Both the position numbers and the translations under genes were made by a program. Under the pieces are notes generated by a model. The model saw only the letters and a program-made list of their open reading frames with translations. It was not told the DNA's origin and did not search any database. From NCBI GenBank assembly GCA_038841535.1, contig JAWBTQ010000001.1, forward strand, positions 180,142 to 244,141: a stretch of DNA of 64,000 nt. The letters are read 5' to 3'. This document shows positions 10,238-20,807 of the stretch, piece by piece (positions within the stretch are counted from its first letter, which is position 1; each line of letters begins with the position of its first letter). The DNA is from Sulfolobales archaeon. Its GTDB lineage: Archaea; Thermoproteota; Thermoprotei_A; Sulfolobales; NBVN01.

Positions 10238-11650
10238 TTATCCACCACCGACAACTATTCTTCTCGTCCGTATATGTGGTCCCCCATCCCCGACTCTAAC
10301 TGTCTGACCACCCTTACCACACCCCCCGAAGACGCTGGTGGTTATCTTAAGGTCATTAGCTAAGGCATCAACTTCTTTTAGAGTTTCGAGAATGTTGCCG
10401 CTGACTACAACACCTCTTACGAGTTCCACAGGCTCTCCATTCCGTATTATGTAGGAAGGACCTATGCTAAACGTAAATGTTCCTACAGACGGATTTACTT
10501 GACCTCCCATCGCACCTCTACCCCTTAGGTATATGCCGTGGGAAACCCCTTCGAATAGCTCTTCGACTTTCCAATCTCCAGGTTCAGCATAATAGTTAGT
10601 TTGTCTAACCAAAGTATCAAAGGATACGTCTTGAGCTCTCGCATTCCCGGTTGGCTTGAGGTTTAGCTCTTGAGAAGTATCTCGACTTGTGAGATACCCC
10701 TTAAGTATACCTTTTTCTACTATGACGGTCCTCATCTTTTGCACTCCCTCGTCATCGTAGGGTACAGGGTAACCGCCTTCAACTAACCCGGCATCTACTA
10801 TTGTCATGAGCTCACTAGTAACTCTCTCACCAACCCTATTCTTAAGTATTGACGCTCCAGCTACCACTCCATCACCCTCACTAGCGTGTCCGAAAGCCTC
10901 ATGCAGCAGGAGCCCTACTACCTCATTATCAACTACTGCTATATACGTCCCCGGCGACGGGGTCTTAGATTGTGAAGCTTTAACTGCTAGTTTATCTATT
11001 TCTTCGGCAAAAGCGTTCCAATCTCTTTTCTCGATATGCTCGTACCCACCGATATACGATTCTCTATCACCTACCCTCTCTATGACCGCACCATACCTAG
11101 CAACAGCCATGTGGGCAAGACCTACACCCACTACATCGACCTCGACTACGGTACCTTCGCTAGTTACTATAACCCTTCTATCTCTCTCTAACCCAAGGCG
11201 GGTCACAGCCGATACTATTCCCGCACGCTTAATGCTGTTAGTATTCACATCTTTCACTAAGTCCGCCTTTAACTTAGGCTCAACTGTGTGGGGGTCTGTC
11301 TTAAACTCTACTCTATACTTATCCTTAACGGGGGCTGTTGGAGTAAACGATTTCTTACCGTACTGGCTTGCTACTTTAGTTAAAGTTATAGCTCTATCAA
11401 CAGCTTTAAGAACGCTTTCACGATTTAAGGAAGTAACGTAAGCATAACCAGTACCTCCCTTAATCACCGCTCTAACTCCTAGACCAACTACCTTGCTAAC
11501 AGTATAGCTCCTTAAAATCCCGGTATCATAGATTATAGTTTCATAAACCCTCTCTTGGAGTCTAATAATAGCATGCTCGGCCCCCCTCTTTAATACTTCT
11601 TCGAGAACCCAGTGAGCAGTATCTACATCAATCACTATTTTACTCACCAA
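10238..11650 (-). CDS. tldD: TldD family metalloprotease
   Basis: HEAFGH zinc motif, YDDEGV, CGKGGQ. Confidence 0.93.
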   Translation of the reverse strand: MVSKIVIDVDTAHWVLEEVLKRGAEHAIIRLQERVYETIIYDTGILRSYTVSKVVGLGVRAVIKGGTGYAYVTSLNRESVLKAVDRAITLTKVASQYGKKSFTPTAPVKDKYRVEFKTDPHTVEPKLKADLVKDVNTNSIKRAGIVSAVTRLGLERDRRVIVTSEGTVVEVDVVGVGLAHMAVARYGAVIERVGDRESYIGGYEHIEKRDWNAFAEEIDKLAVKASQSKTPSPGTYIAVVDNEVVGLLLHEAFGHASEGDGVVAGASILKNRVGERVTSELMTIVDAGLVEGGYPVPYDDEGVQKMRTVIVEKGILKGYLTSRDTSQELNLKPTGNARAQDVSFDTLVRQTNYYAEPGDWKVEELFEGVSHGIYLRGRGAMGGQVNPSVGTFTFSIGPSYIIRNGEPVELVRGVVVSGNILETLKEVDALANDLKITTSVFGGCGKGGQTVRVGDGGPHIRTRRIVVGGG

Positions 11651-11891
11651 CTTAATTACAGATACACATAAAAATAATCTACTGATAATGTACTTCTCTT
11701 ATAATTCCTCGCCAGCTCCTGCATGCGATTTCGAGTTCCGTGTGATTTTGTATGAGCTGACCCCGCTAACTTCGTTTCTCACAGTCCCGCACCATATAGC
11801 GTGCCCTCAGCCTAACCATCACCTCGAAAACTTAAGGCATCTCCGTGATTAAGGTCAATATATGGACAGCACTACTCGCTACTATAACCCG

Positions 11892-13097
11892 TTAGATGCC
11901 CCTAATATGGGTTCTTATCTCGATCACGTCTCCATCTGAAAGAACGTGGTCTAAACCGACCTTTTCTCCTGGATACTTAGCTGAGGGTCCCCAAATTCTT
12001 GCGTACTTAAAGTGTTTGAGGAAGTCTTCTCGTATGTGTCTAACAGCGTCCTCAATGGTGGAACCCTTTGGTATTACAAGGGGGTCTTTTGAGGGCTCCC
12101 TAGAGTTCGGCTCCTTAGTGTATATTCTAATTAACTCCAACACGTTGAAAACCGACTTGGGTACCAAGTCAACTCCTTGCTTTGTGACAGCTGATACCGG
12201 TATGATCTGGACATGGGGCGTTAGCACACTAAGTTCCCTTACCTGGCTCTTTACCTCATCATAGCCCACTAGGTCTACCTTGTTTAGCAACACTACAGAA
12301 GGCTTGTAGACTACAGCTTCGAAGAGAGATTTCTCTACGTCATCTATAGAAACTTCACCATAGATTTTAACAAGGGCGTTGTAAACTCTATATGACTCCA
12401 AGAGCTTTCTCACGTCGTCCTCGGTTCCATCGAGAATCTTTCCCATTCTCGCAAGCCTAATGCCTGAATACGCCTTACTTCTCTCTATCTGAACTCTACC
12501 TCTAGGCTTTCTAAGCACTATACCGGCACCCTCCAATTCTTTCAGTATGCCTTTGTACTGCCCCACAGGGTCTGCTGAAGCGTCAAGAACGATAGTAAGA
12601 GCATCCGCGTTTCGAGCTAAACCGATTAGCCTGGCTCCCCAACTAACTTTTCCTGAAGTAGCTTCTGGTACAAAAGGAGGAGAGTCAACGAGCTGTATCT
12701 GAACGTCCTCAAATGGCATCATCCCCGGAACTGGGTACATGGTGGTGAAAGGCAAGCCTGTAACTTTAGACTTAGCGCTAGTCAAAGCATTGAATAGCGA
12801 GCTCTTACCCGACAGCGTGTGCCCGAGCAGAACGACTTGCGCTACCCCGTGTTTCTCGATAAAGAATGATGGACCACCGCCCCTCTTGCGCCTGCTTTCC
12901 TCAAGTTCTTCCCTAAGCTCAGAGAGCTTCCTCCTGACCCAAGCAACTAAGTTCTCGGTGCCTTTATGCTTAGGAATGGAAGAAAGAAACTCTTCTAGAG
13001 CTCTTATCTTCTCTTCGGTAGTCCGAGCCTCAAGGTACCTAACCCACTTAGCTCTAGCTTCTGCTGGTAAGTTAGTAACCATAGTTCTAAGCTCCAC
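11892..13097 (-). CDS. DRG/OBG-family GTPase with TGS domain
   Basis: IPKHKGTE, G1 GHTLSGKS, PFTT, NKVD, IYTK, ARIWG, and a C-terminal TGS domain. Confidence 0.92.
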   Translation of the reverse strand: MELRTMVTNLPAEARAKWVRYLEARTTEEKIRALEEFLSSIPKHKGTENLVAWVRRKLSELREELEESRRKRGGGPSFFIEKHGVAQVVLLGHTLSGKSSLFNALTSAKSKVTGLPFTTMYPVPGMMPFEDVQIQLVDSPPFVPEATSGKVSWGARLIGLARNADALTIVLDASADPVGQYKGILKELEGAGIVLRKPRGRVQIERSKAYSGIRLARMGKILDGTEDDVRKLLESYRVYNALVKIYGEVSIDDVEKSLFEAVVYKPSVVLLNKVDLVGYDEVKSQVRELSVLTPHVQIIPVSAVTKQGVDLVPKSVFNVLELIRIYTKEPNSREPSKDPLVIPKGSTIEDAVRHIREDFLKHFKYARIWGPSAKYPGEKVGLDHVLSDGDVIEIRTHIRGI

Positions 13098-14545
13098 TAG
13101 TACCTTCTAGAGTACCTCATTAATGTCCTAGCTTCCTCACCACACAGGGGACACTTTAACCCGCTAATCTCAGACTCTTCGACTTTTAGAGGAGTTCCCA
13201 AAGCCTTCCCACCTACTCTTACCTCCAGCTCTGTAGCACAAGATACTCTACCACACCAAGGAAGCTCGACTATATTACCACTAGAAACAGCTTTTTCTGC
13301 TTCTTCTATCCTACTGGCTCTAATTATGCGACTAGTGAATCCCCGCAACGCCTCGGACTTAATGGCCTCATCGTACTCTCTACCTACTTTCTTAACACCT
13401 TCGGCAAGCTCACCAATACCCACTGAAATCCTAGACCTAGTGTCCCTTCTAACTATCGTTACACACTCTTCTTGTAGTTCCTTAGGCCCTATCTCTATTC
13501 TTATAGGAACCCCTCTTCTCTCCCAATAATAGAACTTGTCTCCAGGAGTCATGTCTTCTCTGTCATCTATAACTGACCTTAATCCTTCAGCACGGAGCCT
13601 TTCTGCGACTTTACCGCATAGCTCTACTATCTTTTTACGCACCTCCTCTGGTCCTGCCGGTATAGGCACCACCACGACCTGGATCGGGGCAAACTTGAAG
13701 AGCAGCCTGAGCCCGGTATTATCACCGTGAACTGATATTAGAGACGCTATAACCCTCTCAGAAATTCCGTAGCTAGTTTGCCAACCGAAGTCCATAGATC
13801 CATCGGGCATATGTACCCATACATTAAACGCTATCGTGAAAGACCTACCTAGGTTGTGAACTGTTCCGATCTGTAGAGTCTTACCGTCAGGCATTAAGGT
13901 ATCAAAGGCTATAGTATAGATAGCACCAGGGAATTTATCCCATTCAGGCCTCTTGGATATAACGAAAGGTATTCCCAGCTCCCTAAAGAACGTGCTATAC
14001 ACCCCAACAGCTTCAATAACTTGTCTCTCTGAGTCTTCGTAAGTTGAATGAAGAGTGTGGGCTTCCTTAAATGTTGTAACCTCACGAACTCTTATCATCG
14101 CTCTAGTTGCTGCTGTCTCATACCTGAATATGCTCACTACTTGGTAGTACTTCTTTGGTAGCTGCTTGTAGCTCTTGATCCACATAGACTCCAAGTAAGA
14201 TAGGGGAGTCTCGCTAGTCGGCCTCAGCGCCAACTTCACATCAAGTGGAGTAAGGCCCCCATGCGTAACCCAGTAAACTTGGTCTTCAAATCCTCGGACA
14301 TGCTCGGATTCCTTAGCCAGTATGTTATCTGGTATGAGTATCGGGAGCAGTATTTCTTCATGACCTGTAGAATCCAGTAAGTCCCTCATCAGCTCTATGA
14401 CGTACCTCCTAATTTTGAAGCCGTATGGTAACCAGACGCCCATACCTTTAATTGGATACCTTCCATAATCATAAATCTCGGCTTCACGCACTATCCAGTC
14501 AAACCATTCATCAAAATCTCGCCCGAGGTCTCTGTACACCCCCAT
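13097..14545 (-). CDS. proS: Proline-tRNA ligase (archaeal/eukaryal type)
   Basis: LRPTSET, FRYE, IRVRE, YGISER, C-terminal Zn cysteines and terminal Tyr. Confidence 0.97.
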   Translation of the reverse strand: MGVYRDLGRDFDEWFDWIVREAEIYDYGRYPIKGMGVWLPYGFKIRRYVIELMRDLLDSTGHEEILLPILIPDNILAKESEHVRGFEDQVYWVTHGGLTPLDVKLALRPTSETPLSYLESMWIKSYKQLPKKYYQVVSIFRYETAATRAMIRVREVTTFKEAHTLHSTYEDSERQVIEAVGVYSTFFRELGIPFVISKRPEWDKFPGAIYTIAFDTLMPDGKTLQIGTVHNLGRSFTIAFNVWVHMPDGSMDFGWQTSYGISERVIASLISVHGDNTGLRLLFKFAPIQVVVVPIPAGPEEVRKKIVELCGKVAERLRAEGLRSVIDDREDMTPGDKFYYWERRGVPIRIEIGPKELQEECVTIVRRDTRSRISVGIGELAEGVKKVGREYDEAIKSEALRGFTSRIIRASRIEEAEKAVSSGNIVELPWCGRVSCATELEVRVGGKALGTPLKVEESEISGLKCPLCGEEARTLMRYSRRY

Positions 14546-14606
14546 TTAACTCCCTCAACCAATATTTACCAGACAAAGTATAAAATACTCTTCTCAATGC
14601 ATGCGA

Positions 14607-14864
14607 TTACCTAGCTTTCGAAGAGATCAAGGTAGTAGTCTTCATTATCTTAGGGTGCTTTCTTACCTGTGTAATCGCTCTGTCTAAAGAGCTTAAATCA
14701 ATTGCTTCGAGAATTACGATTAAATCGTATTCACCATAAACTACGTCCGCATCAATTTTCATACCTGCTTCAGCTATTTTTACCAAGTCTTCCAAAACTT
14801 CATACTCGCTCCCTATTGTAGTCGTAATCAAAACGTACGCTCTGACACCCACACCTAACACCAC
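14607..14864 (-). CDS. Stand-alone Lrp/AsnC ligand-binding (RAM) domain protein
   Basis: AYVLI...VYGEYDLI...TTTLI; no HTH domain. Confidence 0.88.
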   Translation of the reverse strand: MVLGVGVRAYVLITTTIGSEYEVLEDLVKIAEAGMKIDADVVYGEYDLIVILEAIDLSSLDRAITQVRKHPKIMKTTTLISSKAR

Positions 14865-15033
14865 ACAACGACGTTAAGTAAGTCCCTTTAAAAGTTTCTA
14901 AAAGCAGCATTGTCAGGTGGGCTATGCCGGTATAGCCGAACGACGTAGTTCAGCACAAGAAACGAACTACGCAATTCCCCTTTACGTAATTATTACGACT
15001 TAAAGAGTTAAATATGGTGGGAGAAATTAACGG

Positions 15034-16221
15034 ATGAAATCCGTCGCTATCGTAGGCGCTGGGATATCTGGACTTCTATCTGCGTACTATGCTGCGAAAG
15101 GACTTAAATGCTCGTACCTAAAGGTTTATGAAGCTAGGGATAGCGTTGGAAGACTCCACTGCACGGGTCTCGTGTCCGCAGAAACTGCTAGTAGGATACC
15201 TTTTGCTAGAAAGCACATCTCACATGAGTATTCTGCGGTAAAGGTCGTTGTTCCCGAACTTCGAGTTGAAGTCAACATAGCTTTTGAAGACCGCAGTTTT
15301 GTCAAAATAGATAGAGTAGAGCTAGAGAAAACCCTGTACCATGAGCTCCAATCTCTCGGAGTTGAAGCTTCTCTCGGCGACCCAGTTCACGCTGTAGTCG
15401 ATCAGGCAGGTGAGTGGGTTGTCCACTCCAAGCGCTGTACTAGTAAGTACGATCTCCTAATTCTAGCCTCAGGATATAACGTTAGGCTGGTCAAGTCTGC
15501 CGGACTGTCGTGTAAGGCAGACACACTATCGGGTGTGCAAGTAGAGTTAGAGACTGGAAGTAGACTACGTATTGATGAAGATGCCGTCTTAGTCTTACTG
15601 TCTAAGCACTTCGGTGAAGGATTCGCCTGGGCCGTTCCTACTGGAGATAGAACTCTAGTAGCTGGTTGCGCTACAGTACCTAAGGTGGTTGAGTCAGTTA
15701 AGTGCCTAAACCTATTGCTATCGGCAATCTCTAGAGTATGTGGAGGCGTCAAGCCTCTGTCCAAACCTTATGGAGGGGTTGTCCTTAGGGGGTACCCCAT
15801 TAGGCCATACAGCAAGAGAGCCATGGGGGTAGGTGATTGTGTGTCGATGGTCAAGAGCCTGAGTGGTGGAGGTTTATACGCTATATCACTTGCTTCAAGA
15901 TTCGTAGATGCGTTTATAGCGCAGAAGTCGGACCTCATGGAAGAAGTAGATATATTGAAAGCGGAACTTAGAAAGCACTACTTTTTAGCAAAAGCAGTTA
16001 AAACAGCGATTAGAGTAGCTGAAGCAGCCGGTATAGAGGGCTTGCGGGTAAATATCTGGAGTCGTGGAGTAAGCTATGACGACCACCTTGCGATTCTCTA
16101 CGAGATCTTAAGTAACAAAAAATCTCTCCCCGCTCTCATGAAAAATAAATCTGTGACTCTGCACATCGTTCGTGCAGAAACCCGCATAAAGCGTTACATA
16201 TCCAACGCCTCACCGCCCTAA
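15034..16221 (+). CDS. FAD-dependent oxidoreductase, geranylgeranyl reductase family
   Basis: Motifs GAGISG, HCTGLVS, GFAWAVP, VGD...KSLSGGG. Confidence 0.82.
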   Translation: MKSVAIVGAGISGLLSAYYAAKGLKCSYLKVYEARDSVGRLHCTGLVSAETASRIPFARKHISHEYSAVKVVVPELRVEVNIAFEDRSFVKIDRVELEKTLYHELQSLGVEASLGDPVHAVVDQAGEWVVHSKRCTSKYDLLILASGYNVRLVKSAGLSCKADTLSGVQVELETGSRLRIDEDAVLVLLSKHFGEGFAWAVPTGDRTLVAGCATVPKVVESVKCLNLLLSAISRVCGGVKPLSKPYGGVVLRGYPIRPYSKRAMGVGDCVSMVKSLSGGGLYAISLASRFVDAFIAQKSDLMEEVDILKAELRKHYFLAKAVKTAIRVAEAAGIEGLRVNIWSRGVSYDDHLAILYEILSNKKSLPALMKNKSVTLHIVRAETRIKRYISNASPP

Positions 16222-16299
16222 CAAGAGATTAAGCTGTGCTTAAGCGTTTCTTAGGGCTACCTGTTCTGCGCATACCGCATGAGCCAAGCTTTTATCGAA

Positions 16300-16734
16300 C
16301 TAGATGTCCAGCACGAACCTGAACATCCACTTACCGTCAGACTGGCTTATCTCCATTAGAGAGTAAGTAACGGCCTTTACTTCTGTTCTTGCCTCATGCT
16401 TTTCTGGATCGAAATAATCACCAAGGCATAGCGCTTTAAACGCGTACTCGTCGCCCTCTCTTGTAACATGTTCAACTCTAATCTGGCTGAAGACCAGATT
16501 CGACCTACCATACTCTATTAAGAGGTCTTCGAGCCACCTGTAGAGAGCGCTCTCTAAGTCGAAGCCTTTATCCTCTATAACTCGGGCCACTCTAGGCTCG
16601 ACCTTACTGGTATCGGTCATTACTTCAAAGAGGGCCAATCCGGCTAACTCGAAAGCCCTCTCCAAGCTTTCACCGCATACCTCAATGTAGGCATCTGCTG
16701 TATGTTCTAGGAACTTAATGTAGTCGCAGTTCAT
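16300..16734 (-). CDS. Archease (RtcB cofactor)
   Basis: FLEHTAD, EVKAVTY, C-terminal LDI; start placed at MNCDY. Confidence 0.95.
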   Translation of the reverse strand: MNCDYIKFLEHTADAYIEVCGESLERAFELAGLALFEVMTDTSKVEPRVARVIEDKGFDLESALYRWLEDLLIEYGRSNLVFSQIRVEHVTREGDEYAFKALCLGDYFDPEKHEARTEVKAVTYSLMEISQSDGKWMFRFVLDI

Positions 16735-16735
16735 T

Positions 16736-17494
16736 TTAACACACCTCCGAACAAACAGAGATAAACCTTTGGGCATCTTGAGCCATCGAAATGTTGTTGA
16801 ACATTACGTATATCTCTCTGGAGCTAGTAGCAAATTCTCCCAATAAGCCGCAAAGAACTTTAAGGTCTATATCTGTATACTTGTAACTGTAGTTAACGTC
16901 TTTTCCACCGATCCCGTGAAGTCTGAAGTAGCTGATCTCCTTGACTACGGTGGGCTTGGACCTGAAGGGATCCACTACGTGTATGAGGTTAGTCTGCGAT
17001 TCTATGATTCTTCTAACTGATTGGGGATTATCTATCCACGTACCCCTAGGTTCCCACCCAACTACGACCCCTCTCTGTGTTGCGACTGAGAAGAAGTCTA
17101 GAGCGTTCCTGAAGTTCTCGTCGGAGAAGCCGAAGGACGGTGGAGTCTGAACTACTACGACCTTAGCCTCTAGAGCTTTAGCTCTTTTCACAGTTTCCTC
17201 CCACAGCTCCACGTTCTCTCGTGTTGGCCTAAGAAGCCCTATACTACCTCTTAAGGTCTCACTAAGCTTCCTCTTAGCTCTCCTCCACGTTGGTGAATCG
17301 AGGTCGTGTGTAATTCCCTGGTAAGCTTTCATGTTGAACACGAAGCCCTGCGGGGACTCTCCACGAAGAATCCTCATCCTATCTTCTGAGGGTAAGTCGT
17401 AAAAGGTCTCTTGGATCTCCACCGTCTTAAACGTGGAGTAGTACTTGGACCTACTCAAGCAATAACCGCAGCATCCAACATACACTGTGTGCAT
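16736..17494 (-). CDS. DUF72 family protein
   Basis: Motifs VGCCGY, VEIQETFY, QTPPSF, WEPRG, YFRLHG, MFNN. Confidence 0.92.
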   Translation of the reverse strand: MHTVYVGCCGYCLSRSKYYSTFKTVEIQETFYDLPSEDRMRILRGESPQGFVFNMKAYQGITHDLDSPTWRRAKRKLSETLRGSIGLLRPTRENVELWEETVKRAKALEAKVVVVQTPPSFGFSDENFRNALDFFSVATQRGVVVGWEPRGTWIDNPQSVRRIIESQTNLIHVVDPFRSKPTVVKEISYFRLHGIGGKDVNYSYKYTDIDLKVLCGLLGEFATSSREIYVMFNNISMAQDAQRFISVCSEVC

Positions 17495-17664
17495 TCTACT
17501 AGACCGCGAGTGCAAAATATTAGTTAGAGATTTAACTTTTGTGTCGTAACTAAGAACACCTAATGATTAGTTCAATCAGATAACACATATGGGTACCCGG
17601 TCTCATTTCGGTTCTAGAAACACTTAAAACCATGACTAGCTAGAGTCTTCTATGGGTATTTCCA

Positions 17665-18672
17665 GTGAGGGTTTACGTAACAGCTCCAGGAAAAGTCACA
17701 CTATTCGGTGAGCACGCTGTCGTTTATGGGCAACCAGCTATCGTGGCTTCCATAGATAAGAGAGTCCATGTTTTCGCTGAGCCTAGACCTGACGGCACTA
17801 TCACTATTGAAGCTCGTGACCTTAGAGTCCCGGGTGTAATTGTTACTTATAAAGAGGGTGAAGTAACTGTTGAAACAGAGTATGGTCTAGTGCTACCGGC
17901 GATATCGTACCTTAATAAAGCCGTAGAATTAACCTCTAGGTATCTTGATAGTAGGCACGGCGTCAAACTCGTCGTTCGCTCTGAAATGCCTGTCGGGGCT
18001 GGTCTTGGAACATCAGCAGCCGTTGCTGTAGCAACAATAGCTGCTTATGCGTATAGCGGTGGTTACGAGCTCTCTAGAGATGAGATAGCTAGGCTGGGCT
18101 GGGAAGTCGAAAAAGCTGTTCAAGGAGTTGCGTCACCCATGGATACTTCGATAACTACCTACGGAGGGTTCATGAAGATAGAGTATAGTGGTGAAATAAT
18201 AGAGCGGCAAAACTTAGGGGTGAATGGAGATCTTCCGATAGTTCTAGCTTACGTAGAAAGAGAATTCAAGACTAGAGACATGGTTTTAATGGTTCGTGAC
18301 AAACTGTCGAAATACCCGCAACTCTATGGAAGAATAATCGAGTTGATAGGGGAAGTCACTAGAGCGGCGGAAAAAGCGCTTGTGAGGCATGACTTACATG
18401 AATTAGGGCTCTTAATGAACTTAAACCACGGGCTTCTCGACTCTCTTGGAGTTTCTACTAGAAAGCTAAATGAAGTAGTGTACGCTGCTAGAAGTTCTGG
18501 AGCACTTGGTGCTAAGCTTACTGGTGCTGGTGGAGGCGGGTGCGTCATAGCCTTAAGCCAGTCGGAGAAACTAGAAACTGTTGAAACAATCATGAGGTTC
18601 TTGAGCGAGTTCACCATGAAGACTTCTCTCGGTTCCGAGGGAATAAAGGTGGAAATAGAAAAGAGTAGTTAA
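17665..18672 (+). CDS. mvk: Mevalonate kinase
   Basis: APGKVTLFGEHAVVYG, PVGAGLGTSAA, KLTGAGGGG. Confidence 0.95.
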   Translation: MRVYVTAPGKVTLFGEHAVVYGQPAIVASIDKRVHVFAEPRPDGTITIEARDLRVPGVIVTYKEGEVTVETEYGLVLPAISYLNKAVELTSRYLDSRHGVKLVVRSEMPVGAGLGTSAAVAVATIAAYAYSGGYELSRDEIARLGWEVEKAVQGVASPMDTSITTYGGFMKIEYSGEIIERQNLGVNGDLPIVLAYVEREFKTRDMVLMVRDKLSKYPQLYGRIIELIGEVTRAAEKALVRHDLHELGLLMNLNHGLLDSLGVSTRKLNEVVYAARSSGALGAKLTGAGGGGCVIALSQSEKLETVETIMRFLSEFTMKTSLGSEGIKVEIEKSS

Positions 18673-18685
18673 AGGTAGTGTGATT

Positions 18686-19030
18686 TTATGTAGATGACCT
18701 ATCTGCGTAGTTCCTTGTGTACCTAAGGGGTCTTAGCTTTTCTAACACTAGATCGTAAGCCAGTTCGGGTTTACTCTTCTCACCACACGTGTAAATATCT
18801 ACAATGCCGTAGGAGTATCCCTTATACACATGAATAGCTAAGTGGGATTCTTCTACAAGTACTATAGCACCATATACCGTTGGTTTTTCGTAAGTCATGG
18901 CCTCGACTACGTGCATGTTAGCTACGTTGGCGGCGTCGAGAAGTATGTCCCTCAGTTCTTCCGGCGTACGCTCTCTAAACCCGTATATTTCCCCGAACAC
19001 GTGCTTACCTACTATCCTATCTCCTTCCAT
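18686..19030 (-). CDS. Pyruvoyl-dependent decarboxylase proenzyme of the AdoMetDC fold; most like crenarchaeal arginine decarboxylase
   Basis: ESH cleavage motif and YTCG; DRIVGKHVFG, LVEESH and YADRSS match the crenarchaeal ArgDC paralog better than SpeD. Confidence 0.8.
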   Translation of the reverse strand: MEGDRIVGKHVFGEIYGFRERTPEELRDILLDAANVANMHVVEAMTYEKPTVYGAIVLVEESHLAIHVYKGYSYGIVDIYTCGEKSKPELAYDLVLEKLRPLRYTRNYADRSST

Positions 19031-19221
19031 CTTACTTTTTGTCCTCGAAATTTTTCTAAGTGGTAAGACTTAATAGCACTCTTAGTGCTACATAACACTA
19101 AAACGCGAACAATGTCCCTAGCATCAGTTACTCACAACATGAAATAAACAACGGATGAGCAGACCTAAAAGCTACGTTGTGCATAGATATCCTTAACCGC
19201 GGTGTTACGAATACCCGAAAT

Positions 19222-20280
19222 CTACTGCTCTATCCTCTCTACCAATCCGTAGGTATCCACTGGGTACCTAAGTACGGCCACTATTCCACCGAACGCTTTA
19301 ACCTTACTAAATACGTGCGTCTCCTCTGGAACTATCCTGACCTCACCTCCGCGGGACTCAACTTTCTCCATGATATCGTTGACTATCTCCATGTGCTCGC
19401 TATAAAGCATGTCCTCGTTTACGAGTAACTTTAGTATCGCACCTGAATTAGCAAGTGTTTTTAAAACATTTATTCCGTATGCTACTCTACTGCTTCCCGT
19501 GGAAAGGTGCCTCATAAATTCTTCAAATGTAGTCTCGATAATCAGGATATTGTGGGAGTGGAGTATGCTTTTAAAGGTGTCCCTCCTCATCAACTCACCA
19601 ACACCCGGCTTTCCTCCAGTACTAACCGAGTCTGTAAAAACCGGTTTATCGAGTCTCCTGCTGAGAAGATCCGCTACGTAGTCCTTAAGAAACGCTGGAG
19701 AAGCCACAAGGACAATATCGGGGTTCTCACGCAGAGCAGCACTAACGATCACTTCTGATATTGCTTCAGCAAGCTCTTCAACTGCAGGACCCTCATCCCG
19801 TAAACCAGGGAGACTTCTTTCAGCAACGTACTTAATCCCCTGCTCTTGAACAATAGCCACCGCCATCTCATCGAAATCGAATGCTGCGAGTAGAGCTTTT
19901 ACTCTTCTTGCTGAAGCTTTTTTTAGTCTACTAATCTGCTCTTGAGACCACTTAGGTTTTACGATAGTCAGTTCAGACCCAGTGTCTATACTCAGCGTGT
20001 GGAATGAACCCTTCAAGCCGTATCCTTCAGGACCCTCTATTACTCTCCCATGTATTCTTAGTCTACTGCTAAAAGGCTGGAAGTACACGTTTTGAACTTT
20101 GATAGCTAGAACCATTGGTAGGCGCCTCTTACCCTCTCCATCTATTTTGACATCACGCATCGTCTTCGCTATTACTACGTCCTCCTTAGAGATCAGGTTC
20201 TTCAAAACCCATAAATCATCCTCGCACTCCACCCGGACTTCGATGGCACCGTGCTTAAGGTCTTCTCTAATGATTTTCAA
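19222..20280 (-). CDS. pelA: Pelota (mRNA surveillance/ribosome rescue)
   Basis: Motifs EDDLWVL, RLRIHG, GSFHTL, FGGIVAVLRY. Confidence 0.95.
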   Translation of the reverse strand: MKIIREDLKHGAIEVRVECEDDLWVLKNLISKEDVVIAKTMRDVKIDGEGKRRLPMVLAIKVQNVYFQPFSSRLRIHGRVIEGPEGYGLKGSFHTLSIDTGSELTIVKPKWSQEQISRLKKASARRVKALLAAFDFDEMAVAIVQEQGIKYVAERSLPGLRDEGPAVEELAEAISEVIVSAALRENPDIVLVASPAFLKDYVADLLSRRLDKPVFTDSVSTGGKPGVGELMRRDTFKSILHSHNILIIETTFEEFMRHLSTGSSRVAYGINVLKTLANSGAILKLLVNEDMLYSEHMEIVNDIMEKVESRGGEVRIVPEETHVFSKVKAFGGIVAVLRYPVDTYGLVERIEQ

Positions 20281-20307
20281 ACTCTCCTACCTCTACACTC
20301 TATTGTT

Positions 20308-20805
20308 CTAAACTTCATAGAGAGACTTCAGCCCTGAGATCCTAAGGTGCATAGTATTGAATACTCCTATTACCGCTAGGTAGAGAAAAAGATCGACTAC
20401 ATACCAATCATCTTCTCCAGCAATACCCACTATAGTGAAAGGAGTCCAGCTTAACCTTAAAGGAGAATAGGGTGGAGGAACTCCGAGGAGGTACGATACG
20501 TAGCGGGTCACATAAATCATAGCTAAGACTCCAACCCATAATGTGACAAGGTTTATCCACATTAACCCCCTCACGCTTTTATAGAGGCTGTCGTACCTAG
20601 CCTTAATCGTCCTCCACCTTTTCTGCTTACTTGGTGAAGTTTCCCGAAGCCTTAGAGCGACATACTCAAGTTCTCGAAGTACTCTATCTAGCCTAACCTT
20701 CTTTATGTAGGCTCTAATGAGGAACGTTATAGGTAAAAGACAGACTAAGGGCAGAACTATGTATACCATAAGACTAAGTATGACTAGAGCTAGGTTGCCG
20801 ACCAT
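20308..20805 (-). CDS. 3-TM membrane protein, probable divergent DUF106/EMC3/TMCO1 (Oxa1 superfamily)
   Basis: TM, basic coiled coil, TM, loop, TM topology; lies directly after secY-adk, the usual DUF106 position. Confidence 0.55.
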   Translation of the reverse strand: MVGNLALVILSLMVYIVLPLVCLLPITFLIRAYIKKVRLDRVLRELEYVALRLRETSPSKQKRWRTIKARYDSLYKSVRGLMWINLVTLWVGVLAMIYVTRYVSYLLGVPPPYSPLRLSWTPFTIVGIAGEDDWYVVDLFLYLAVIGVFNTMHLRISGLKSLYEV

Positions 20806-20807
20806 AC

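Noticed and set aside
11740-11830. GC-rich intergenic stretch with GTGATGG and GCTGAGGGCAC (shared with family A)
   Set aside because: Only an 11-nt match and no consistent box layout; too weak to call.
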